Source of the DNA: a virus
Direction: 5' to 3' (one strand)
DNA: 64,000 nucleotides
Virus record (IMG/VR): IMGVR_UViG_3300002092_000035
Span: 27,155-91,154 of that record
The notes beneath the pieces are model-generated. The model did no database searches, had not been told where the DNA came from, and saw nothing but the letters and a program-made list of their open reading frames with translations. Positions 16,170-24,666 of the stretch are shown here, piece after piece; position 1 is the stretch's first letter; the number at the start of each line of letters is the position of its first letter. A program made the position numbers and the translations under genes.

Positions 16170-16294
16170 AGACTAGTTTGATGAATGCACTATGACCACA
16201 TGAGCGGGGTAGCTCCCGGGAGAACTTAGCGGTTCTAAAACAAAAGTAGGAATGGATTGGTCTCTGTTCTGTAGTGCATTCTTCAAAATAGTTT
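16170..16294 (+). ncRNA. Handle-stem small RNA, copy 3
   Basis: AGACTA-G-TTTGA-T-GAATGCACTA pairs with TAGTGCATTC-T-TCAAA-A-TAGTTT. Confidence 0.6.
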
Positions 16295-16296
16295 AA

Positions 16297-16375
16297 AGCG
16301 GGATAGGGGAGTCGGGTCGTCCCCGCTGGTCTCATAAGCCGGAAATCGGTGGTTCAAATCCATCTCCTGCACCCA
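16297..16375 (+). tRNA. tRNA-Met(CAU), initiator-like
   Basis: A1/A72 mismatch, G11-C24, CT CAT AA, TTCAAAT loop. Confidence 0.85.
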
Positions 16376-16382
16376 ATTAGAT

Positions 16383-16456
16383 GCGGCTTTCGTATAATGG
16401 TATTATCACAGCCTTCCAAGCTGAGGACACGGGTTCAATTCCCGTAGGCCGCTCCA
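16383..16456 (+). tRNA. tRNA-Gly(UCC)
   Basis: CT TCC AA, U73-CCA. Confidence 0.95.
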
Positions 16457-16615
16457 AAGTTTAGACACACCATATGGAACATTCCGGGGCCGGCGTATGG
16501 TGTATATCTGATGAAAAGCTGACATTACGCAATCAATATTTAGTTTAAATCCATAGATGTCACATAAATAACTATGTAGATTATTAATCTATTAGAGACA
16601 TCAAAGGAGACATTC

Positions 16616-16834
16616 ATGTCAGCTATTATCACTTTTCTAACTGGAAAGAAGACATATATCGTAGCACTCGTCGCCGCCCTCTTAGCCGGCGCACAAGCAC
16701 TAGGTTATCATATTCCGGAATATGTGTATGTATTGCTTTCTGCTGCCGGCATCGGCTCATTCAGAGCAGCACTCAACACTATCAATGTTAGTGCCCCGGC
16801 TCCAACTGCCACAGCAACAAAGCCAAAGAAGTAA
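16616..16834 (+). CDS. Small two-TM protein, holin-like
   Basis: GKKTYI motif, two TM segments, basic tail; TAAATA upstream. Confidence 0.55.
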   Translation: MSAIITFLTGKKTYIVALVAALLAGAQALGYHIPEYVYVLLSAAGIGSFRAALNTINVSAPAPTATATKPKK

Positions 16835-16855
16835 CATTCTATCATATACAGTGAC

Positions 16856-16879
16856 TACAGGAGCCTAACGGCTCCTGTA
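16856..16879 (+). terminator. Stem-loop after the holin-like gene
   Basis: TACAGGAGCC-TAAC-GGCTCCTGTA; no clear U tract. Confidence 0.5.
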
Positions 16880-16917
16880 ACCATATGTAGATACCTTTTC
16901 CGGTAGATAAATACTAT

Positions 16918-17406
16918 ATGTTATTAATTTCATACCGCGGCATCTATCAAGGTCAGAACTACGAGGATGCAAATAGCCCTGCTCAATTAAGGGATGCACT
17001 AAATCATGGCTTCTCTGTGTCAGTAGATACATGGAGAATAGATGGTGCTACTTATCTAGGAAATGATCAACCATTATATCTGATTGATGACAAATTCATA
17101 CAAGGAAGCAGATTCTGGATTAATGCTAGGAATGCTGACATGGTAACTTTCCTCTCATCACAGCCACCTAAGCTTTATCCAAACTGGTTCTACTATGATG
17201 ATGATACTCCGCCCGCGTATGTGACGACTACGAGCGGTAAACTATGGACCTTCGGAACCGTGCCGATAGACAACACGAGTATAGTCGTTCTCCCGGAACT
17301 AGAAGATAGAGGGTTATTCAGCACCGTAAAACTGCGTTGCTATGGCATATGCAGCACCTACCTGACTTTCATCAGAAGGATGCGTAATGAAGGCGAGTGG
17401 TATTAA
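16918..17406 (+). CDS. GDPD/PLC-like phosphodiesterase homolog (possibly inactive)
   Basis: ISYRG...NSP..L..AL..GF.V.VD.W..DG..YLGND matches the ISHRG family with His replaced. Confidence 0.6.
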   Translation: MLLISYRGIYQGQNYEDANSPAQLRDALNHGFSVSVDTWRIDGATYLGNDQPLYLIDDKFIQGSRFWINARNADMVTFLSSQPPKLYPNWFYYDDDTPPAYVTTTSGKLWTFGTVPIDNTSIVVLPELEDRGLFSTVKLRCYGICSTYLTFIRRMRNEGEWY

Positions 17407-17438
17407 TTTTATCCTATACTCAATAGTTAAATAATGTA

Positions 17439-18230
17439 ATGAGCATTCTTGTAGCCATACTAACTAACCGTTTCCCCGATAAACTTGAACGGTGCATTGA
17501 TTCTGTGAAATCGCAGACATCTGATATTGTTGTGGTCTGCAACACGCTTGACGTAGATTTTATACCCCGAGCCAGATATATTGCTGAATCTAATGATATT
17601 TCTTTTGTCATCACTGAATCAAATGGCACCCCGGCTAAAGGCAAGAACTCAGTCCTAAATTATTTTACTAGAACCGACTATGAGTATCTATTCATCGTAG
17701 ACGGTGATGATTTTCTAGGGAACAACGCGATTAGCAAGTTATCCAAAGTCATTGACGAGAATCCATGTGATGTGCTTACACTGGTATATGGCGAACAAGC
17801 ATTAGTCGGTGATCAACGAATGTCAATCCTTGAATGGTCTACTACTGATGATTACAAACGAAAATTCACCACAAGAAAGACTGTTCGGAATATAAGACCG
17901 TTGTTGAAGATGAGAGAAGAATTGTATCGTATACTGCCATATAACAGATTCTTGCTCATATCTAAAAAAGCACTATCTTATTTTCAATTTGATGAGTCGT
18001 TGATTGGGTTGTCTGAGTATCACCTTTCTATAAAACTCTTGCACTATACCAAAGATATCGTTTACAAAGGCTTATCTGCTAGCGACATCTATATATACGA
18101 TGCTAATGATCCAGGCAACTATAGAAAGTTTATGGAAACGATTGACGGAGAAGAGTTCGTCGGAAATCTATTACGTTCTTTAGATGAATACGACACCTCA
18201 GGAGGAATTGATGTCATTTCAGTTGGTTGA
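17439..18230 (+). CDS. Glycosyltransferase family 2
   Basis: LERCIDSV, SNGTPAKGKN, VDGDDF. Confidence 0.8.
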   Translation: MSILVAILTNRFPDKLERCIDSVKSQTSDIVVVCNTLDVDFIPRARYIAESNDISFVITESNGTPAKGKNSVLNYFTRTDYEYLFIVDGDDFLGNNAISKLSKVIDENPCDVLTLVYGEQALVGDQRMSILEWSTTDDYKRKFTTRKTVRNIRPLLKMREELYRILPYNRFLLISKKALSYFQFDESLIGLSEYHLSIKLLHYTKDIVYKGLSASDIYIYDANDPGNYRKFMETIDGEEFVGNLLRSLDEYDTSGGIDVISVG

Positions 18231-18840
18231 TAGTAACGTAGCACTTGATTATATAGAACCGTTCTGCAAGGCAGCAGAGAATGATCCTTCCCCTGCTGCA
18301 CAGAACATGATCATACCTAATTGGAAAAATTCTCCAGGATCTTTCCTCTATAAACTCTACGTTGACAAGATATACGACAAGGAAAACAAAGGTGGCTATC
18401 TGCTTCAAATTAAGGATGGCCAGATAATATCTGGATCCGGATTCAGCAGATGGAATGTAGATGAGAATGTATGTCTTTTATATTCTAGGACATACGTGCT
18501 GACTGAGCATAGAAACAATGGTGCACAAAGAGTAGGCAGATATAGCTGGGAACAACTCAAATACATGAGAGCATACCAGTATAAAGCAGGAATGATCACT
18601 TTCAATGAATACAATGCCCGACTCGTAGAACTTTTGAACGGGTATAACTCTGCTGAACGGACCCACACTATAATAAACGGTGAATATTATAATCGTCACG
18701 GTAGAAAATTTGTACCTAGTATTACATACCCAAAAAAAGTAAACATAAATCACACGAACCAGATAGTGGTATATTACTGTGATGATGCAAGTTATAAAGA
18801 AACTTTGTTAAATACGCTTAAGCAACATGAGATAGATTAG
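18211..18840 (+). CDS. Hypothetical protein, possible GNAT-like fold
   Basis: GGAGG SD; IISGSG...SRTYVL.EHR. Confidence 0.55.
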   Translation: MSFQLVDSNVALDYIEPFCKAAENDPSPAAQNMIIPNWKNSPGSFLYKLYVDKIYDKENKGGYLLQIKDGQIISGSGFSRWNVDENVCLLYSRTYVLTEHRNNGAQRVGRYSWEQLKYMRAYQYKAGMITFNEYNARLVELLNGYNSAERTHTIINGEYYNRHGRKFVPSITYPKKVNINHTNQIVVYYCDDASYKETLLNTLKQHEID

Positions 18841-19545
18841 GTGCTGTATCTTTTTACAATTTTAGGATGGATTTCTGTAGTAGCATTTGTTCCGATGTTG
18901 ATGTATGCTACCTATTGGCAACTTGCTATCTGCGTATCAATGTATTTCATATACCAAACGTTCGGTGGAAACTTAGGTTATCATAGGCTTGCTAGTCATC
19001 GCTTATTCAACTGTCCTCGTTGGTTAGAACTCGTGTCAGTGACTATAGGAGGATTGATGTTAAAATCTCCTGCAATCTATTGGGTAGCCCAGCATAATGC
19101 ACATCACGCAAAGGCAGATACACTCGCTGATCCACACAGCATAGAGAGAAATGGATTCTTTAAAGCAGTCTTCATGATTCCAACCTGTTCAGATGGCATA
19201 CAGATCAAGTATTATGCCCATCTCCTGCGTGACAAGTTTTACCTTTTTCAACGAGACTTCTATTGGTATATCATTGCGATTTATGTTTTGGTCCTCTATC
19301 TTATTGATCCTTTCTCGTTGGTCTATGCGTGGCTCGCCCCTTGTGGGCTCGTGCATATCGCTATGACGATGGCAGCGACATATTCACACCGCGGGGGTAA
19401 ACCACACGATGACCCTATCTTTGCTCTATACAGCTTCGGTGAAGGTTGGCATAAGTTCCACCATGAGAACCCGAGAGAGTATAAGTTGCATCCCTCATTA
19501 GATATAACCGGAAACATTATTGATATGTTACGGGTCAAAAAATAA
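18841..19545 (+). CDS. Fatty acid (delta-9-like) desaturase
   Basis: His boxes HRLASH, HNAHH..AD...DPHS, GEGWHKFHH; TM segments. Confidence 0.9.
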   Translation: MLYLFTILGWISVVAFVPMLMYATYWQLAICVSMYFIYQTFGGNLGYHRLASHRLFNCPRWLELVSVTIGGLMLKSPAIYWVAQHNAHHAKADTLADPHSIERNGFFKAVFMIPTCSDGIQIKYYAHLLRDKFYLFQRDFYWYIIAIYVLVLYLIDPFSLVYAWLAPCGLVHIAMTMAATYSHRGGKPHDDPIFALYSFGEGWHKFHHENPREYKLHPSLDITGNIIDMLRVKK

Positions 19546-19579
19546 TTGATTCTGCCTACAAATACTGTATAATGTAAAA

Positions 19580-20008
19580 ATGTCGGATGCATCTATTCCA
19601 AAAACATTAATATGCGAGAGCGTTAGAGAAGCCACAGTAGTCAACTGTGAAAAGTGCAGTGGGCTCGGATCAATTGAGTTGGTAGTAGAGAAAGATTATC
19701 ATAAAAGATTATTTGAATCGGGTCGCTTTACCTGCGACACCTGTGAAGGTGACGGGCGGATGATATTGATTCAAGAACATTTCAAAATTGTTAGCATGCC
19801 TGAGCGGGAGTCAACAACAATTCCTTATCGTGGAAATGCATATACACGCATTGATCCATTTCTAAAAGAATCTTGTCAAGTTGCATATACGATAGATCGC
19901 AGAGATTATAGCCTAGAAAATAAACATCCCGATCTAAAAGCACTACCTTATGAAAATTATGATAAGCTAGCAGAGCAATACCGACTGGTAGGAATATTAA
20001 AGAAATAG
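19580..20008 (+). CDS. Protein with DnaJ-type zinc finger
   Basis: CEKCSGLG and CDTCEGDG. Confidence 0.7.
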   Translation: MSDASIPKTLICESVREATVVNCEKCSGLGSIELVVEKDYHKRLFESGRFTCDTCEGDGRMILIQEHFKIVSMPERESTTIPYRGNAYTRIDPFLKESCQVAYTIDRRDYSLENKHPDLKALPYENYDKLAEQYRLVGILKK

Positions 20009-20019
20009 CATAAAAAGGC

Positions 20020-20048
20020 TTGACATTGCACTAGATATTTTGTAATAT
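20020..20048 (+). promoter_or_regulatory. Sigma70 promoter
   Basis: TTGACA-17-TAATAT. Confidence 0.7.
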
Positions 20049-20069
20049 GATATTACAAAGGAGATCAAA

Positions 20070-20678
20070 ATGCCGTCAGTTTACCTCTATTCAGATCCGC
20101 ACTTTGGCCACGCTGGCATCTGCCGGTTCATGGGTAAGGATGGTGTGACGAAGCTGCGTCCTTGGGATGATACCCAAGAGATGGATGATGAACTGGTCAG
20201 GCGATTCAACGACACGGTCAAGCCGAACGATAAGGTATATTTCTTAGGAGATGTAGCTATCAATCGTAAGGCTCTGGCTACAGTGCTGCGTCTGAATGGT
20301 GACAAGGTTCTGGTCCGCGGTAATCATGATATCTTCAAGGATAAGGATTACACCGATGTTGGATTCCGATCACTGAGGTCTTATCATGTGATGAACGGCA
20401 TGATCCTGAGTCACATACCCATTCATGATGCGAGTATGGGTCGTTTCGGAACTAACATTCACGGCCATCTGCATGACGGTCGGGTGAAGAAGGCTACCGG
20501 TGTCAATGTTGATACAGGTCAGGTTCTGTACGGTGACGATATTGATCCGCGATACTTCTGTGTCTGCGTGGAGAATACCGACTTTGCCCCTATTCTGTTT
20601 GAAAATGCTATCAAGCGTATTGAAGCAGAAGGTGGAACAATCGGCTTTAAGAACGGCAACGGTCCATCAGCAATGTAA
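20070..20678 (+). CDS. Calcineurin-like metallophosphoesterase
   Basis: SDPHFGH, LGD, GNHD, HGHLH. Confidence 0.9.
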   Translation: MPSVYLYSDPHFGHAGICRFMGKDGVTKLRPWDDTQEMDDELVRRFNDTVKPNDKVYFLGDVAINRKALATVLRLNGDKVLVRGNHDIFKDKDYTDVGFRSLRSYHVMNGMILSHIPIHDASMGRFGTNIHGHLHDGRVKKATGVNVDTGQVLYGDDIDPRYFCVCVENTDFAPILFENAIKRIEAEGGTIGFKNGNGPSAM

Positions 20679-20689
20679 AGGGTTGAGTA

Positions 20690-21106
20690 ATGGAAGAAAT
20701 TCTAGACGCGGAATATATCCGCGATGAACTAAACAAATTCTTTGAATATATCAAACCGAGCAAAAACGACATGCATTATCCTCTCTCTAACTATGAACAA
20801 CTAAAACAACTAAGGTCAAAGACCGAAATCCTTGAAAAGGTTCTAGATTACGCGATCAGGGCCCTTGAAAAGGGCATTACCCTTGATCAGTTATTGGCGA
20901 AAAACAAGACGGTCAGGACCTGGTATGACGCAGATATCCAATCTCGTGCAGCACAATCAGAGGCCGCAATAAAAGAGGCTGCTCGTGCAGCTAAGTTTGC
21001 TGAAAAGAAGCGATTAGCAGAGGAAGCCCGTGCTGCTGTTATGGCAAAAATGACGCCGGAAGAAATTGAGGCATTTGGCCTAAACAAGAAGCGAGCAAAG
21101 AAGTGA
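20690..21106 (+). CDS. Hypothetical protein
   Basis: 138 aa, coupled to the next gene. Confidence 0.7.
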   Translation: MEEILDAEYIRDELNKFFEYIKPSKNDMHYPLSNYEQLKQLRSKTEILEKVLDYAIRALEKGITLDQLLAKNKTVRTWYDADIQSRAAQSEAAIKEAARAAKFAEKKRLAEEARAAVMAKMTPEEIEAFGLNKKRAKK

Positions 21107-21429
21107 GCGAAGAACTAAACATTGAACCTGAAGTTTACGCAGAAATCCTGCGTAACACTGACAAGAAGAACTATATGGCAGCAGTTGATCGTATCACCCG
21201 CAAGGTTATAGTTTCTTTGGTTAAGTCTGGCCATGCTTCCTTCTTATTCCTTGCGGATGATGAGGTTCGCGAGTACTGGGCAAAGCTGGCTAAGAATGCT
21301 GCTACTACAGTCGCACGGCGTAAGAAAGCACGAGAAATGTATGCTACCAAGATCAACGCTTGGAATCGCCTGAGCGAAGCGGATCGCAAGACTCTCGGTT
21401 TGCGAAAGCCGATCGCGCCTAGGGATTGA
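21103..21429 (+). CDS. Hypothetical protein, similar in architecture to the preceding gene
   Basis: V..W...helix...A..KL/RLS.E....LGL pattern shared. Confidence 0.65.
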   Translation: MSEELNIEPEVYAEILRNTDKKNYMAAVDRITRKVIVSLVKSGHASFLFLADDEVREYWAKLAKNAATTVARRKKAREMYATKINAWNRLSEADRKTLGLRKPIAPRD

Positions 21430-21466
21430 CGCATAGACCGAAAATCCTAGCACAGGTGGTAAATAC

Positions 21467-21721
21467 ATGGAAGAGATAGAGACATCCTTAGATGATTATT
21501 ACATCACTTCTGGAATGCAATTGGTCGCCGACCTGGTCGGTTGGATCAAAGTCGGCACCCATTTGCCTACTGGTGAGGTTTTGTATCTGCTTAGGCCTGA
21601 AATTGCAAGGTGGGTAGAAACACACCCGGCTCATCTTTGGTCTAAGCAGTCTAAACGTTTTATTGCACCATATACGATCAACGAAGAATTGTTATCTTGG
21701 ATGATTTTGAAATGGCGATAA
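21467..21721 (+). CDS. Paralogue array member 1
   Basis: Ends EELLSWMILKWR. Confidence 0.75.
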   Translation: MEEIETSLDDYYITSGMQLVADLVGWIKVGTHLPTGEVLYLLRPEIARWVETHPAHLWSKQSKRFIAPYTINEELLSWMILKWR

Positions 21722-21724
21722 CAG

Positions 21725-22003
21725 GTGAAAAATGCAAAAATAAGAAGAGTAATGATTATGGATAGGTATAGCGAACCAAAGCTAGAATTTAGACCAGCAT
21801 CTAATCACCCGTTGGCTTTGGAGTATGCACTAGCTTATTATCCGGGTTGTTTTACTCCTACTGGATTAAGCGACTATCATACAAAAGAAGTCAAACAATG
21901 GTGCAAAGACAATAATTGTGGGGCGGTTGATTATTCTTATCCATACACTATCACTTTTCGTGATGAAAAAGAATTGGTTTGGTTTCTGATGAGGTGGACA
22001 TGA
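21725..22003 (+). CDS. Paralogue array member 2
   Basis: WCKDN...FRDEKELVWFLMRWT. Confidence 0.75.
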   Translation: MKNAKIRRVMIMDRYSEPKLEFRPASNHPLALEYALAYYPGCFTPTGLSDYHTKEVKQWCKDNNCGAVDYSYPYTITFRDEKELVWFLMRWT

Positions 22004-22317
22004 GTATGACATTAAGTAGAAAGATTGCACTAAACTCTACCTTTGGTCGCTTGGCAGAACATGACGCACCAAAGTTTAGGTGGCGTGATGGACATCCTGC
22101 AGGATACACGGATGATCTTGGCATCATTGCGGACCGTAACCAATGGGTAGATGCAGTGTCTTCTGGGTGGGTTTCCAATATCCAGCTGCACCAGGTCGAA
22201 CCAATCCGAGAATGGTGTACACAGAATCTAAAGCACGGTTGCTGGCAGGTCGGCTTCTACTCTATATTTCTGAAAAATGAAAAAGATGTCGCTTGGTTTC
22301 TGTTGAGGTGGTCATGA
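22000..22317 (+). CDS. Paralogue array member 3, N-terminal PolB motif-B-like peptide
   Basis: RKIALNSTFG; WCTQN...KNEKDVAWFLLRWS. Confidence 0.75.
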   Translation: MSMTLSRKIALNSTFGRLAEHDAPKFRWRDGHPAGYTDDLGIIADRNQWVDAVSSGWVSNIQLHQVEPIREWCTQNLKHGCWQVGFYSIFLKNEKDVAWFLLRWS

Positions 22318-22523
22318 CAACCTTTAAGTCAAATGGATATATGATGACTGTTCCGGTGCTTCATCGGGCATATTATTCACCTAAGGAAGATTGGACCGCC
22401 GTTTATAGATGGTGTAAAGAAAACTGTAAAGGTAGGTGCTATACTAGTCCAAGTTGGGCCGGATACTTTGTTGAGTTTGAAGACGATGAAGACATGGTAT
22501 GGTTTGGATTGAGGTGGTCATGA
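22314..22523 (+). CDS. Paralogue array member 4
   Basis: WCKEN...FEDDEDMVWFGLRWS. Confidence 0.75.
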   Translation: MTTFKSNGYMMTVPVLHRAYYSPKEDWTAVYRWCKENCKGRCYTSPSWAGYFVEFEDDEDMVWFGLRWS

Positions 22524-22774
22524 CCACCCTAATCGCATACAACGACTCGTTTATTTTTGAACGCAAAAGGGTTCAACGCCGCAAAGGTGGTTGCAGGAAC
22601 ATGTATGTGATCTCACTCAAATCATTCAGCGTTGCATCTAGTGAAAGAGCAGAAATACGAAAGACCATAAAAACCTTAAAGGGAACATTCATACATTCAA
22701 TGTACTGGTCTGCTTCATTTCGCAAGCGAGAAGATGCTGAAAAGGCATGGGTGTATCTGGCTTTGAAGTGGTAA
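22520..22774 (+). CDS. Paralogue array member 5
   Basis: FRKREDAEKAWVYLALKW. Confidence 0.7.
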   Translation: MTTLIAYNDSFIFERKRVQRRKGGCRNMYVISLKSFSVASSERAEIRKTIKTLKGTFIHSMYWSASFRKREDAEKAWVYLALKW

Positions 22775-22992
22775 TGGTGAAAATTCGTATCAACCTGCGA
22801 GAACGAATGCCGGTATATCTAGAAAATTGGACACTCGCACACAATATCCATCACGCTAAGTGGAAATATGTGGTGAGCAAGTTCGCCGCAACCACAAATG
22901 GAAAAATAGAGGGGCCCTATGGTTCACCGATATATTATCTAGTTTTTGAGGACGATAAGGACGCAACCTGGTTTTTATTGAAATGGTCATGA
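22774..22992 (+). CDS. Paralogue array member 6
   Basis: FEDDKDATWFLLKWS. Confidence 0.75.
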   Translation: MVKIRINLRERMPVYLENWTLAHNIHHAKWKYVVSKFAATTNGKIEGPYGSPIYYLVFEDDKDATWFLLKWS

Positions 22993-23333
22993 ACACGAAC
23001 GCTAAAGTCATTATATCGTTAATCAAACGGACCAGTGCTGCATCGCTTGCAGCACAAATAGCAGGTGTGCAGCCCATGACTGGTCCAGTTGGGCAAATCT
23101 TTGGGCTAAGACCTAGTATCCGCCAGAGAATTAAACCAGAGTTTCTCTACAATTCATGTCCCCGTGCAGGATATTATTCTAAGGTTGATCCAGAAGACTT
23201 TGTGGGAATATACGATTGGTGCAATAAGAATTTTGAAAATGAATTTTGGAACACACTGATTGACGAACACGGATACGAGGTTTTCCTTCAGAACGAGAAG
23301 GATGTTACCTGGTTTCTGATGAGGTGGTTATGA
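22989..23333 (+). CDS. Paralogue array member 7, N-terminal major-capsid (gp23 Gol-region-like) peptide
   Basis: IISLIKR...AAQIAGVQPMTGPVGQIFGLR; WCNKN...QNEKDVTWFLMRWL. Confidence 0.78.
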   Translation: MNTNAKVIISLIKRTSAASLAAQIAGVQPMTGPVGQIFGLRPSIRQRIKPEFLYNSCPRAGYYSKVDPEDFVGIYDWCNKNFENEFWNTLIDEHGYEVFLQNEKDVTWFLMRWL

Positions 23334-23430
23334 GAATCATAGATGCGTTTATCAATTGGAATGATCGCTATAATCCATTCTGTATTGTCGTAAATTGGAT
23401 AACAAGAAAATTGTTATTGTAAAAACATAC

Positions 23431-23459
23431 TTGACATTATGTTAAAAGTAGTATATTAT
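23431..23459 (+). promoter_or_regulatory. Sigma70 promoter
   Basis: TTGACA-17-TATTAT. Confidence 0.65.
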
Positions 23460-23627
23460 TACGATAATGAGTAGAAACACTAAAGAAATTATACTACTAC
23501 TATGGTTTCTAACGTTCGCTTTTTTGTTGTGGATATTTTTTCTGACTGTGGTGCTTGTATCACGAATTCTATTCGCGATAGACAAAATGCTCATCACAAA
23601 CAGAAAACTATTTAAGAGGATCAGACG

Positions 23628-24080
23628 ATGGATACGACCTGGACATTGAGATTACAAGAAGATCCTGAGACCGGTGAGTCTATCGTAGAATTTCCTCCTG
23701 AACTACTAGAGAGCATGGGATGGAAAGAAGGCGACACCTTTGTCTGGGAGATAGGGGAAGAAGGAGAAATCATATTGAGCAAGACTGACGAAACCGAATG
23801 GGTTCTTGTTGAGACTCTTTCGCAGTTCAAGACTAGCTATCTAGTTGAAGTGCCTAAAGGCAAAACAGAATATGCACTTGATACAGTAACTATGGAAGAT
23901 GCTAAAGAGTTTAGTTCAGAGCACCTGCGACCTACTGATATCGTCATCAACCATCGTATCGTCACTAAAGAAGAAGCATTAGCATTGTGTGATGAACGCA
24001 ATCCATACGGTGCTTCTTGGGACGAAGAGACTAAGTTCAAGAACTTTTTCACAACTTGGAAAGAACAAAGCAATGACTGA
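23628..24080 (+). CDS. AbrB/SpoVT-like DNA-binding domain protein
   Basis: EDPETGE.IVEFP.ELL..MGWKEGD..W. Confidence 0.65.
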   Translation: MDTTWTLRLQEDPETGESIVEFPPELLESMGWKEGDTFVWEIGEEGEIILSKTDETEWVLVETLSQFKTSYLVEVPKGKTEYALDTVTMEDAKEFSSEHLRPTDIVINHRIVTKEEALALCDERNPYGASWDEETKFKNFFTTWKEQSND

Positions 24081-24384
24081 CGTAGCAGAATACGTTTATG
24101 ATGATATGACTGATGATGAGTTGAAGCACTTCGGTCCGTGGCTAAAAGAGATGCTAAAGATGGGATCGGTCACTGTTACCTTTACTAAGAAGGATGGCAC
24201 CGAGCGTGTTATGGAATGCACATTGCAGCCTGAACTATTGCCTCCTGTCGTAGTGACAGAAGACGTAGAGCCAAAGAGGCAGAAGGCTGCTAATGAAGAT
24301 GTCATGGCTGTATATGATTTGGAATCAAAAGGCTGGCGTAGCTTCACGGTTCGTTCAGTGAAGAGACTAGTTTTTGATCTTTAA
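24073..24384 (+). CDS. SH3/Sm-like beta-barrel protein (WYL_2-like)
   Basis: VTVTFTKKDGTERVM.CTL...YDLE.KGWRSF. Confidence 0.75.
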   Translation: MTDVAEYVYDDMTDDELKHFGPWLKEMLKMGSVTVTFTKKDGTERVMECTLQPELLPPVVVTEDVEPKRQKAANEDVMAVYDLESKGWRSFTVRSVKRLVFDL

Positions 24385-24666
24385 TATAAGTATTTAATAA
24401 CAAGTTCAATGAGATAAGTAATATGTTGGGCATGAGAAAACCCGACAAAAGAACCAATATTTCGCAAGTTATATTGATTCTTTAATTAGCTGACTTTCAG
24501 TTAATTGCCACTCGGCTACCTATAGAAAGGTATTTAAGCCGTATCCTAGATACGGCTTTACCATTTGTAGCAATCTGAGCGGAAGAGCTACTCTAAAGAT
24601 GGATAGGAGTTCTTCGGAACACTAACCCCCTATCAGATCGCAGGGCGGCCCAATTAAGGAAATAGG

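Noticed and set aside
16465-16503. Hairpin after tRNA-Gly as SRP RNA
   Set aside because: Lacks the SRP domain IV CAGG/GGAA/AGCA motif; more likely an end-of-operon structure
24425-24660. c-di-AMP (ydaO) riboswitch before the hydrolase
   Set aside because: The diagnostic GCTGAATCC, GGGGAACC and CAGCTAAC motifs are absent
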